DNA of 64,000 bases from Gemmatimonadales bacterium. Lineage in GTDB: Bacteria; Gemmatimonadota; Gemmatimonadetes; Gemmatimonadales; GWC2-71-9. This document shows, piece after piece, positions 55,891-64,000 of the stretch. The stretch's first letter is position 1. Each line of letters begins with the position of its first letter. The stretch lies in NCBI GenBank assembly GCA_035702425.1, contig DASSQQ010000102.1, positions 6,747-70,746 on the forward strand, given 5' to 3'. The position numbers and the translations under genes are program-made. The notes under the pieces are model-generated. The model was not told where the DNA came from. It made no database searches and saw only the letters and a program-made list of their open reading frames with translations.

Positions 55891-57113
55891 GCGGCCTGCT
55901 TCAGGAGGCGATGGCACTCCTCGTCGGAGAGCGCGCGGTCCGCTTTCTTCGCGGCGGCGAAGAGCGCCTGACACGCCGCTTCATCCGCGGGATCGTAGCC
56001 GTGCGCCTCGAGCCAGTACTTCACGTTGGAGAGCCCGGAGACCGGCGTGATCTCGATCTTCTGCGACAGGCCCAGCTCGCCCGCGGGCACCGAGCTGTAA
56101 ATCCGGTCGGCGAGCCAGGCGTCTCCCTTTTTCCGGGCCTTGATGATCGCCGCGGCGTGCACCCCGGTGCCGGTGCGGAACGCGTCCGCACCCAGCACCG
56201 GATAATTCGCGGGGATGGGCATCCCCACCGCGTCGGCGGTGACCCGGCAGTACTCGGGGAGCTTCGAGAGATCGTGCCGGTGCGCGCCAAGGAGCTTCAG
56301 GTTGACGATCAGAAGATCCATCTCCGCGTTGCCCACGCGCTCCCCCACGCCCAGCGCCGTCGCGTGCACCCGGTCCACGCCCGCTTCGATCGCGGTGAGG
56401 CAGTTGATCACGCCCATCCCGCGGTCCCGGTGCCCGTGCCAGTCGATCTTCACGTTCTGTTTCTTGACGATGTCTTTCTTGACGAAGTCGATCAGGGCTC
56501 TCACGCCGTCCGGTGTCGCGTGACCCACCGTGTCCGCGAGGCAGATTCGCGTGGCCCCGCAGTCGATCGCCGCGCCGTAGAGCGCCTTCAGCGTTTCCGG
56601 CTTGGCGCGGGTGGTGTCTTCGGTGACGTACATGCAGGGGAGCCCGTGCCGCACCGCGAAGGTGACCGCTTCCTCGGTCGCCTGGAGCATCCGGTCCAGG
56701 GTCCAGTCCTCGGCGTACTGGCGGATGGGCGAGGAGCCGATGAAGGTCGCGGCTTCGATCTTCATCCCCAGCTCTTCGGAGATCCGGACGATCGGCTCCA
56801 GGTCCGCGATCACGGTGCGCGCGGCGCAGTTGGGCGCGATGGGGAGCTTGGCGTCGCGGATTTCGCTGGCCAGCATCCGCACCTGCTCCACCACCCGCGG
56901 TCCCGCCCCCGGAAGCCCGATGTCCGCGGCCACGATGCCCAGGTCCGCCATCAGGTGCAGGAGGCGGCGCTTCACGTCGGGCGAGGGATCCTTGACCGAT
57001 GGGGACTGGAGGCCGTCGCGCAGGGTTTCGTCGTTCAGGTCCACGCGCGCGCGGGTCCAATCGAACGTGGCGCCCAGTCTGTTCCAGTCGTGGATCAGCT
57101 CGCGCTCGTCCAT
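55881..57113 (-). CDS. 2-isopropylmalate / homocitrate synthase family enzyme (DRE-TIM metallolyase, short form)
   Basis: 410 aa with LNDETLRDGLQSP, ICLADTVGHATP and IDWHGHRDRGMG motifs. It has no long C-terminal LeuA regulatory domain. Confidence 0.8.
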   Translation of the reverse strand: MDERELIHDWNRLGATFDWTRARVDLNDETLRDGLQSPSVKDPSPDVKRRLLHLMADLGIVAADIGLPGAGPRVVEQVRMLASEIRDAKLPIAPNCAARTVIADLEPIVRISEELGMKIEAATFIGSSPIRQYAEDWTLDRMLQATEEAVTFAVRHGLPCMYVTEDTTRAKPETLKALYGAAIDCGATRICLADTVGHATPDGVRALIDFVKKDIVKKQNVKIDWHGHRDRGMGVINCLTAIEAGVDRVHATALGVGERVGNAEMDLLIVNLKLLGAHRHDLSKLPEYCRVTADAVGMPIPANYPVLGADAFRTGTGVHAAAIIKARKKGDAWLADRIYSSVPAGELGLSQKIEITPVSGLSNVKYWLEAHGYDPADEAACQALFAAAKKADRALSDEECHRLLKQAAWR

Positions 57114-57131
57114 GACGAAAACTAGTCACGA

Positions 57132-57203
57132 AGAGGCGAAGAGGCGAAGGTGCGGCAGGGGCGAACCCGCTCCGCCCCTTCGCCTCTCGGCCCCTTCGCC
57201 TCT
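57132..57203. repeat. Long imperfect hairpin built from 8-nt tandem repeats (AGAGGCGA) in a divergent spacer
   Basis: AGAGGCGA (57132-39) pairs with TCGCCTCT (57196-203). AGAGGCGAAGG (57140-50) pairs with CCTTCGCCTCT (57177-87). An inner GCGG / CCGC pair is at 57152-55 / 57172-75. Confidence 0.45.
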
Positions 57204-57214
57204 AGCTTTGAGTC

Positions 57215-58408
57215 GTGCCCGACCCCATCACCGCCCTTCTCACCGACGACACCGTGGCCGCGGCCCGCCACTTTCTGGAGCGGACCGACGAGGTGACCGT
57301 GGCCCGGCAGGCCGCGCTTTCCGGCGTCCCCGCGCCCACCGGGGCCGAGGGCGCCCGGGGCGCACGGGTGGCGGAGCTGTTTCGCGAGGTCGGACTCCGG
57401 GACGTCAGGACCGACGCGGTCGGCAATGTGCTGGGGCTCCTCGGGGACACGGCGGGCGGGAACGGAGACGGGTGCGTCGTGGTGGCGGCCCACCTGGACA
57501 CCGTGTTCGGCCCCGAGGTGCGGGTGGAAGTCGAGCACCGGGAGCAGCGGCTGCTCGGGCCCGGAATCTCGGACAACGCGCGCGGTCTCGCCGCCCTCGT
57601 GGCCCTCGCCGAGGCCCTCGGCCGCTCCCGGGTGCCGCTCGAGAAGCCGGTCCTCTTCGCCGCGACGGTGGGGGAGGAAGGCGCGGGAGACCTCCGGGGG
57701 GTGAAGCATCTCTTCGGGGACGGTTTCAGGCCCTCCGCGTTCATCGCGCTGGACGGCGCGGGCGCGGAGCGGATCGTCCATCGCGCGCTCGGCTCCCGGC
57801 GCTATCGCGTGACCTATCGCGGCCCCGGCGGACACTCCTGGGCCGCGTTCGGCGTCGCGAATCCGGCGAGCGCGGTGGGCCGGGCCGTGGCGGCCGTGGC
57901 GGAGCTCGAGTTTCCGGCCGAGCCGCGCACCACCTGCGCGGCGGTCCGGATCGGCGGGGGAACCGGTCTCAACTCGATTCCCCAGGAGGCGTGGCTCGAC
58001 CTCGATCTCCGCAGCGAGGATCCGGCGGCGCTGAAGGAGCTGGACAAGAAGGTGCAGGGAATTCTCAATCGCGCCGCGGACGCGGAGAACAAGCGCCGGG
58101 CGGCGGGGACTCAGCCGCTGCGCGTGGAGGCGACGCTGGTGGGCGACCGCCCCTCGGGCGTCACGCCGCGGGCGCACCCGCTGGTGCAGGCGGCGCTCCA
58201 GGCCACGCGCGCGCTGGGCAAGAGTCCCGAGCTGGCGAGCGCGTCCACCGACGCCAACGTGCCGATCGCGCGCGGCATCCCGGCCATCTGTCTCGGTGCC
58301 GGCGGAAAATCCGGCGACACCCACTTGCCCACGGAGTGGTACGAGAACGAGGAGGGCGTGACGGGCCTGGTGCGCGCGATGCTGGTGGTGTGCGCGATGG
58401 GGCGCTAG
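57215..58408 (+). CDS. M20/M25/M40-family metallohydrolase (peptidase T / ArgE-like)
   Basis: 397 aa with AAHLDTV, GISDNARG and VGEEGAGDL metal-ligand blocks. The start is GTG. Confidence 0.85.
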   Translation: MPDPITALLTDDTVAAARHFLERTDEVTVARQAALSGVPAPTGAEGARGARVAELFREVGLRDVRTDAVGNVLGLLGDTAGGNGDGCVVVAAHLDTVFGPEVRVEVEHREQRLLGPGISDNARGLAALVALAEALGRSRVPLEKPVLFAATVGEEGAGDLRGVKHLFGDGFRPSAFIALDGAGAERIVHRALGSRRYRVTYRGPGGHSWAAFGVANPASAVGRAVAAVAELEFPAEPRTTCAAVRIGGGTGLNSIPQEAWLDLDLRSEDPAALKELDKKVQGILNRAADAENKRRAAGTQPLRVEATLVGDRPSGVTPRAHPLVQAALQATRALGKSPELASASTDANVPIARGIPAICLGAGGKSGDTHLPTEWYENEEGVTGLVRAMLVVCAMGR

Positions 58409-59241
58409 CCCACCTCCACCATCCCCACGTCTTTCGTCAAGAGCACCCGGTTCCGCGCGTATTCCCCGCTCTGTCCCCGCGCCGGGCGCGCGAACAGCGA
58501 GACCTGCCGCACTTCGTCGTCCGGAAGAATGGCGCCGATCTTGCCGCCCGAGCCCAGCGCGAAGTGCACACAGCTGAACGCGAAGGCGAGGCGCTTCACG
58601 CCCTTGAAGGTCAAGTCGGTCCCGCCGGTCGTCGAAACGGTGACGCCCGCCGAGGCACCGAGCGCGGCCTGCACTCCGGGCACGTCGAACCGGAACGAGG
58701 GGTCCGAGGTCCGGTCGGCCACGATGGTGAAGTCGGGACTCGTGATCACGGAGTCGATCACGAGAAACGCGTAGGGCGCGTCTTTCCCGAAGAAGATGGA
58801 CGCCGCGGGGTTGCGGCGGTCTACGGCGCGCCCCTCGAGCGCCTTCCCCAGCGCGTCGAGATCCACCCAGCTCCGCGCCACGTCGCGGAAACTGTAGGAC
58901 ACCTGACGCACGCCCTGGAACTTGGCGTCGAGCCCGGCCGATCCCGCGCCCAGCCCGGTCAGGAACCCGGCGAGCACCTGGAGGCCGAGCGAGAGGTCCA
59001 CGCTCTTGGTCTTCTTGCCGGAGAGATCGGGCAGCTGGGACCGCGCCGCCGGCGGGAACTGGGGAGCCGCGCCCTGGAGCAGGTCGCCCAGCGCGCCGCG
59101 GAACGACGCGCGGTCTCCGGCCGCCGCGAGAACGGCCAGCGGCTGGTACCGCTCCTCGGGCACCCGCAGGATGTTGGCCCCGAAGACATCGCGCAGGGTC
59201 CCGACCACCGGATCGTCCGAGCAGAGACCGAGAACACTCAC
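58405..59241 (-). CDS. Bacterial gasdermin (bGSDM)-like protein
   Basis: Track ORF 58405..59388 trimmed to GTG 59241, which forms a GTGA overlap with the upstream stop. The protein is 278 aa. An N-terminal Cys (MSVLGLC) and the blocks ILRVPEERYQPLAVL, PDLSGKKTKSVDLSLGLQVLAGFLTGLGAGSAGLDAKF, VSYSFRDV, YAFLVIDSVITSPDFTIVA, FDVPGVQAALGASAGVTVS and LTFKG.KRLAFAFSCV follow the bGSDM pattern as I remember it. Confidence 0.55.
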   Translation of the reverse strand: MSVLGLCSDDPVVGTLRDVFGANILRVPEERYQPLAVLAAAGDRASFRGALGDLLQGAAPQFPPAARSQLPDLSGKKTKSVDLSLGLQVLAGFLTGLGAGSAGLDAKFQGVRQVSYSFRDVARSWVDLDALGKALEGRAVDRRNPAASIFFGKDAPYAFLVIDSVITSPDFTIVADRTSDPSFRFDVPGVQAALGASAGVTVSTTGGTDLTFKGVKRLAFAFSCVHFALGSGGKIGAILPDDEVRQVSLFARPARGQSGEYARNRVLLTKDVGMVEVG

Positions 59242-59921
59242 CGCGCCCTCCACCTCCCGGGCAGGTATCCCACGAACCCGGCGATCACGAAGGCCCAGAG
59301 CACCCGCGGCGCGAACGTCACCGCGAAGATCAGCGCTCCCGCCCCGAAGATCCACATCGCGAGCTCGCCGGCAATCGCCTGGCCCCACTCCGGCGCCGCG
59401 CCCGAGGCCGGGAGCCGCGGGGCGAGTGACGGAACGAGGGACGGCACCGCCCGCCGATAGGATAGATAGCGCTCCCCCTGCGCCCGCTCCAGCTCCGCTT
59501 CCTCCCGACCGATCAGCCGCAGCACGAAGACCACCATCAGGACCACCAGCGCCGCCGCGCCCAACCGCGACGCGAGGGGCGCGAACCCCACCGCGAGGAG
59601 GATGGTGCCGAGGTAAAGCGGGTTCCGCACATGGCGGTAGGGTCCGTCCGCCACCACCCGCTCGGCGTGCAGGTCGCGGTCCTTCACCACCGCGGTCCTC
59701 AAGTACGCCGCGGCCCAGGTGCGCAACGCGGCCGCGAGCAACACCAGCACCGCGCCCGCGCCGAGGATCAGATGAACGTTGCGCGCGCCATCGCCGCCCA
59801 TCGGGGCCGCGATCGCCCGGGCGGCGTTGACGTGGTCCACGCGGTACAGGAAAAACGCCAGCGCGAAGAGCGGGGCGATGATCCAGAACCGGTGGCGGAA
59901 CTCGAATTCCGTCGCCTTCAT
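59238..59921 (-). CDS. ICMT/PEMT-family membrane methyltransferase
   Basis: 227 aa with about 5 TM. It carries the signature ADGPYRHVRNPLYLGTILL of isoprenylcysteine carboxyl / phospholipid methyltransferase families. Confidence 0.8.
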   Translation of the reverse strand: MKATEFEFRHRFWIIAPLFALAFFLYRVDHVNAARAIAAPMGGDGARNVHLILGAGAVLVLLAAALRTWAAAYLRTAVVKDRDLHAERVVADGPYRHVRNPLYLGTILLAVGFAPLASRLGAAALVVLMVVFVLRLIGREEAELERAQGERYLSYRRAVPSLVPSLAPRLPASGAAPEWGQAIAGELAMWIFGAGALIFAVTFAPRVLWAFVIAGFVGYLPGRWRAR

Positions 59922-59952
59922 GTCCCGAAGGGCGAGGCGTTCGGCCTCGCGG

Positions 59953-61539
59953 TCAGTGCGCCATCCCCGGGTCCGCCGCCGCGCCCAGCTTGGGCGGATG
60001 CATGAACAGCAGGAGCACCAGGGACAGCACGAAGATCGCTCCGAAGAGCATGAACAGCTGCTCGAAGGACAGCATCATCGCCTGCTTCTGGACCATGCCG
60101 TTCATCACCATCAGCGCTTTCTGCTGCGCGACCGGCGCCGGCGTTCCCGCCGCGATCATGCCGTTGGTGATGGCGTAGAGCCGGTCCCGCGCCACGTCCG
60201 AGTACATCGAGAGGTGGGCGACGAGGTCCGCCCGGTGCGTGGCCGTGAAATGCTGGACCAGCGTCGCCGAGATCGCGATCCCCATGCTCCCGCCCAGCTG
60301 CCGCATCAGATTGAAGAGGCCGGTGCCGTTCGCGATCTTGGAGAGCGGCATGTCCGCGAGAGCCAGGTTGGTGAGGGGCACGAAGATCAGCCCCAGGCCC
60401 ACGCCGCGGAAAATCAGCGGCCAGAAGAAGTCCCGCATTCCGGAATCGGTGGTGAAGTGGGCGTGCTTCCACATCGCCAGCGCGAAGATCGCCACCCCCG
60501 CCACGATCGAGAGCCGGGCGTCGAATTTCCCGTGGGTGCGCCCCATGATCGCCATGGTGAACGCCGAGGCCAGCGCCCCGGGCAGGATCACGAATCCGGT
60601 CTGCTCCGCCGAGAAGTTCAGGAGGTTCTGCAGGTAGACCGGGAGCACGAACACCGTGGCGTAGAGACAGACCCCGAGCACCGCGCCGAAGATCACGCCG
60701 ACCGTGAGTTGTCGGCTCTTCAGGATGGTGAGATCCACGATGGGATAGGGCGTCGTCAGCTCGTGCCACACGAAGCCCACGAGGGCCGCCCCGCTCACCA
60801 CCGCGTAGAAGATCACCTCGCGGGAATCGAACCAGTCGAGCCGCTCCCCGCGCTCCAGCATGGTCTGCAGCAGGCCGATCCCCACCGCGAGCAGTCCCAG
60901 GCCGATGTAGTCCACCTTGGTCTGGCGGATGGCGTGCTCCGAATCGGTGATGAAGGTGAGCGTCATCGCCAGGGCGAACATCCCGATGGGGATGTTGATG
61001 TAGAAAATCCACGGCCAGCCGAAGGCGTCGGTGATGTAGCCGCCGAGCGTGGGCCCGAGGGTGGGCCCGACCATCACGCCCATCCCGAAGATCGCCATCG
61101 CCGTGCCGAACTCTTCCTTCGGGAATTCCTCGTAGAGGATGGCCTGGGAGGTGGAGAGCAGCGCGCCGCCGCCCAGCCCCTGGATGATGCGCATCAGCAC
61201 CAGCATCTCCAGCGAATGGGCGTTGCCGCAGAAGAACGACGCCACGGTGAAGATGGCGATCGAGCTCGCGAAATAGCGCCGCCGCCCGAAGTACGCCGAG
61301 AGCCACCCGGTGATGGGCAGCACGATGACGTTGGCGACGATGTAGCCGGTCGAGACCCAGGCGATCTGATCCAGCGTCGCGCCCAGGTTCCCCATCATGT
61401 GGGGAATGGCGACGTTCACGATGCTGGTGTCCAGAAGCTCCAGCACCGACGCCATCGAGACCGTGATGGCAATCAGGTACTTGTAGCGGTACCGGTCCGG
61501 CGCGACGGCGCCGGGAAACGGAAGAACGGCGGTGGCCAC
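59953..61539 (-). CDS. emrB: DHA2-family MFS efflux transporter (EmrB/QacA type, 14 TM)
   Basis: 528 aa with LDTSIVNVAIPHM and GRRRYFASSIAIFTVASFFCG motifs. Confidence 0.9.
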   Translation of the reverse strand: MATAVLPFPGAVAPDRYRYKYLIAITVSMASVLELLDTSIVNVAIPHMMGNLGATLDQIAWVSTGYIVANVIVLPITGWLSAYFGRRRYFASSIAIFTVASFFCGNAHSLEMLVLMRIIQGLGGGALLSTSQAILYEEFPKEEFGTAMAIFGMGVMVGPTLGPTLGGYITDAFGWPWIFYINIPIGMFALAMTLTFITDSEHAIRQTKVDYIGLGLLAVGIGLLQTMLERGERLDWFDSREVIFYAVVSGAALVGFVWHELTTPYPIVDLTILKSRQLTVGVIFGAVLGVCLYATVFVLPVYLQNLLNFSAEQTGFVILPGALASAFTMAIMGRTHGKFDARLSIVAGVAIFALAMWKHAHFTTDSGMRDFFWPLIFRGVGLGLIFVPLTNLALADMPLSKIANGTGLFNLMRQLGGSMGIAISATLVQHFTATHRADLVAHLSMYSDVARDRLYAITNGMIAAGTPAPVAQQKALMVMNGMVQKQAMMLSFEQLFMLFGAIFVLSLVLLLFMHPPKLGAAADPGMAH

Positions 61540-61546
61540 GGAACGC

Positions 61547-62617
61547 CTACTTGGTGGTGATCGTGACCACGACGCTCATGCCGGGACGCAGCGGCTTGGC
61601 CGGATCGTTGGGCCGGTCCAGCCCGATCCGCACCGGGAGCCGCTGCACCACCTTGGTGAAATTCCCGGTGGCGTTGTCCGGTGGGAGCAGGGAGAACTTC
61701 GCGCCGGTCGCCGGGGAGAGACTCTCCACGTGGCCGGCGAAGTGCACGCCCGGATACGCGTCCACCGTGATGTCCGCCGGGTCCCCGGGGGTGACGTCGG
61801 TGATCTGCGTCTCCTTGAGGTTCGCTTCCACCCAGATGTTGTCGAGCGGCACCACGGTCATCAGCGGCTGGCCCGCCTGCACCAGCTGGCCCACCTCCAC
61901 GTTCTTCTTGCTCACCACGCCGCCGGTGGGCGCGGTGATGCGGGTGTAGGAGAGGTTCAGCGCCGCCTGATCGCGCGCGGCGCGCGCCGCCGCCACCCGG
62001 GCGTCCGCGCCGGCGAGCGCGGCCTGCGCCTGCGCCAGACCGGCGTCCGCCGCCGCGGCCGCGGCTTCGGCCGCGTCGAGCTGCTGCTTGGAGACGATGT
62101 CCTGATCGGCGAGGGGCCGCAGCCGGTCGAGATCGGCGTGCGCCTTCTGCGCGTTGGCCTGCGCCTGCGCCACCGCCGCGTCGGCCTGGCCCACCCGGGT
62201 CTTCGAGCTCACGGTCGCGAGCAGAGCGACCAGGTCGGCGTTGGCCTGGGTGAGGCGGACCTGGAAGTCGCGGTCGTCCAGCACCACCAGGGTGTCCCCC
62301 GCCCGCACCGGCTGGTTGTCCCGTACCCGGACCTCGGAGACGAACCCGCCCACCTTGGGCAGGACCGGGATGACGTGCCCGTCCACCTGGGCGTCATCGG
62401 TGGTCTGGTGGGAGAGGCCGTAGATGTAGCGCTTGGCCCCGAAGCCCAGCAGCAACACCAGGAGCACGCCCATCGCCGCGAAGACCACGCGGCGGCGGCC
62501 CCCGGGGGCCGGGGCTTCCTGGACCTGGGGCTCGGAGGCGCGCGCCGCGGGGGCGGAGCCGCCCTTCGCCTTGGTTTCCGGTTCGATCGTCGTCGCCATA
62601 TCCCGTGGTTCCTTCAT
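61547..62617 (-). CDS. HlyD/EmrA-family membrane fusion protein
   Basis: 356 aa with a single N-terminal TM, a coiled-coil hairpin (AQANAQKAHADLDRL...), and barrel-sandwich blocks (TITAPTGGVV). Confidence 0.9.
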   Translation of the reverse strand: MKEPRDMATTIEPETKAKGGSAPAARASEPQVQEAPAPGGRRRVVFAAMGVLLVLLLGFGAKRYIYGLSHQTTDDAQVDGHVIPVLPKVGGFVSEVRVRDNQPVRAGDTLVVLDDRDFQVRLTQANADLVALLATVSSKTRVGQADAAVAQAQANAQKAHADLDRLRPLADQDIVSKQQLDAAEAAAAAADAGLAQAQAALAGADARVAAARAARDQAALNLSYTRITAPTGGVVSKKNVEVGQLVQAGQPLMTVVPLDNIWVEANLKETQITDVTPGDPADITVDAYPGVHFAGHVESLSPATGAKFSLLPPDNATGNFTKVVQRLPVRIGLDRPNDPAKPLRPGMSVVVTITTK

Positions 62618-62628
62618 TCGTTGAATGT

Positions 62629-63951
62629 CTAGTGCAGTGTCCGCGCCACGCCCACCGCGCGCGCCAGGGTCACGCGCGCGAGCAGCACCGAGGCCCGGGC
62701 ATCAATCACGGCGTCCCGCGCCTGGATCAGCGAGGACTGCGCGTCAATCACTTCGATGTTTCCCGCCACGCCCGCGGTAAAACGCTGGCGCGCTTCCGAG
62801 AGTTCGTCTGCCGCGAGCTGGAGGCGCTCCGCGGCGATCGCGACCTGCGCCTCCGCCGAGCGAAGATCGAGGAACGCGCCCGCCACGTCGGCGGCGATCT
62901 GCTGCCGCAGGTCCTCCGCCCGCACCGCGGAGGAGCGCACCGCGACGTCGGCCTCGGCGATTTCGCCTTCGCGGCGGAATCCGTCGAGGATCGGGAGCGA
63001 CACCTCGAGCGCGATCTGCCGCGTCGGGATGGAGCCGGGGACGGTGATGCCGCTGGACCCGTAGTCGGCCTCGAGCCCGACGCTCGGCAGCCGCTGGGCG
63101 GAGAACGAACTTCTCACCCGCCGCGCCGCCTCCCCCGCCGCCGTGGTGGCCGCGAGATCGGGACGGCGGGAGAGCGCCACCGCCACCGCCGAGTCCTCCG
63201 TTGCCGGCACCTCGGCCTGACCGATCGCGCTGCCCAGCGTGTCGGCCAGCTCGATCGGCGTGGAGGCCGGGAGGCCGAGGGCGCGGGCCAAGTCCATGCG
63301 TCCGCGATCGGCCTGGTTCCGGGCCACGATGAGTCCGCCTTCGGCGGACACCAGCTGGGTCTGGGCGCGGGTGACGTCGATGGCCGCGGAGACGCCGGCC
63401 TTGTTCTGCGCCTTCGCGAGGCCCACCAGCTCCACCGCGAGGGCGGAGTCGGCGCGCCGCGCGCTCACCGTGGCCTCGGCCCGGAGCGCGCGCACGTAGG
63501 CGAGGGCGGCGGCCTCTGCCGCGGTCTCCGAAGTCACGGTTCCCGCCGCGGCCACGGCTTCGGTGCCGCTCTGCGCCGCTTTCACCCGGGAGTAGGCCGA
63601 GAAGTCGAACAGCGTCTGGCGCACGGTGAAGCGCGCGTCGTAGACGTTGAAGGGTCCGATCAGCTGCGGGATCACCACCGGACCCGGGAACTTGAAGCCG
63701 AAGGTCTGGCTGTTGAAGGTGCGGTTCACCCAGCTTCCGCCGAGCGACAGGTTGGGCAGCAGGGTGGCGCGGGTCTCGCGCACCCGGGCGGACGCGGAGT
63801 CGACGCGCAGGGCGGCGAGCCGGACCGCCGGAGCGGTGCCCGCGGCGCGGGAGACGGCGTCGCCGAAGGTGAGCCGGACCGGCGCGGGAGTCTGCGCCGC
63901 GAGGGACGCCGGCAGCACGAGCGCGGCGGCGAGGAACAGCGATCTACGCAT
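62629..63951 (-). CDS. TolC-family outer membrane efflux protein
   Basis: 440 aa with a signal peptide and the two-repeat OEP architecture with long helical segments. Confidence 0.9.
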   Translation of the reverse strand: MRRSLFLAAALVLPASLAAQTPAPVRLTFGDAVSRAAGTAPAVRLAALRVDSASARVRETRATLLPNLSLGGSWVNRTFNSQTFGFKFPGPVVIPQLIGPFNVYDARFTVRQTLFDFSAYSRVKAAQSGTEAVAAAGTVTSETAAEAAALAYVRALRAEATVSARRADSALAVELVGLAKAQNKAGVSAAIDVTRAQTQLVSAEGGLIVARNQADRGRMDLARALGLPASTPIELADTLGSAIGQAEVPATEDSAVAVALSRRPDLAATTAAGEAARRVRSSFSAQRLPSVGLEADYGSSGITVPGSIPTRQIALEVSLPILDGFRREGEIAEADVAVRSSAVRAEDLRQQIAADVAGAFLDLRSAEAQVAIAAERLQLAADELSEARQRFTAGVAGNIEVIDAQSSLIQARDAVIDARASVLLARVTLARAVGVARTLH

Positions 63952-64000
63952 TGGGGGTGTCCACGACCGGCGCCTGGCGGACGCCGTCCAGAAAAATGGT
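63944..64000 (-). CDS. 3' end of an unidentified upstream gene (partial)
   Basis: The minus-strand frame reads ...TIFLDGVRQAPVVDTPNA*, with TAG at 63946-63944 overlapping the TolC-like ATG by 8 nt. It is too short to assign a product. Confidence 0.3.
   Translation of the reverse strand, partial: TIFLDGVRQAPVVDTPNA

Noticed and set aside
57215-58408. The M20 metallopeptidase as the activating protease of the gasdermin-like protein.
   Set aside because: It is convergent rather than co-transcribed. M20 enzymes are exopeptidases or deacylases, not the endoproteases known to activate bGSDMs. I cannot exclude it, but the sequence does not support it. The same applies to the DUF885 gene 2.5 kb away.

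Overview
This is a very GC-rich, tightly packed chromosomal segment from a diderm bacterium. The gene content suggests a Gemmatimonadota-like lineage, but that is only a guess. I support about 62 protein genes. Most intergenic gaps are under 50 nt, and at least 14 gene junctions are 4-nt start/stop overlaps (7 GTGA, 7 ATGA). I found no rRNA, tRNA, CRISPR array, integrase or transposase.

Many long ORFs in the supplied track are antisense shadow frames or 5' over-extensions typical of high-GC DNA. I trimmed these to in-frame starts that I checked in the sequence.

Gene content from left to right:
- a quinone late-step operon (ubiE-ubiD-TMEM175-like-ubiA-ubiX)
- an ECF sigma / ZAS anti-sigma pair
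- an Mrp-hypothetical-MATE-DUF62 chain
- a large CBM9/DUF5916 protein
- a periplasmic binding protein coupled to a hybrid histidine kinase
- a Cyc2-like cytochrome-porin plus a rusticyanin-type cupredoxin
- nrnA
- two paralogous APC permeases around a membrane LytTR protein
- guaB and gpmI
- a Mo/W-cofactor locus (ABC permease and ATPase, PTPS-like, fdhD, mobA, mobB, moeA) interleaved with OMP-like genes
- gcdH-etfB-etfA-(OMP-like)-ETF-QO
- an IDH-family dehydrogenase and an SDR
- cstA-ybdD
- a TAT-exported BNR/sortilin-type protein
- MFS, DUF885, a LeuA-family synthase and an M20 peptidase
- a TolC-HlyD-DHA2 efflux operon

The two strongest leads:
1. At 58405-59921, a bacterial-gasdermin-like ORF is translationally coupled to an ICMT-family membrane methyltransferase, with no cognate endoprotease nearby.
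2. At 16205-18185, a fused monoheme cytochrome/beta-barrel (Cyc2-like) is paired with a cupredoxin whose copper loop closely matches rusticyanin.

A third recurring signal is a set of four hairpins whose arms are short 7-8-nt tandem repeats. Two of them are near-identical copies lying in-frame inside coding sequence.
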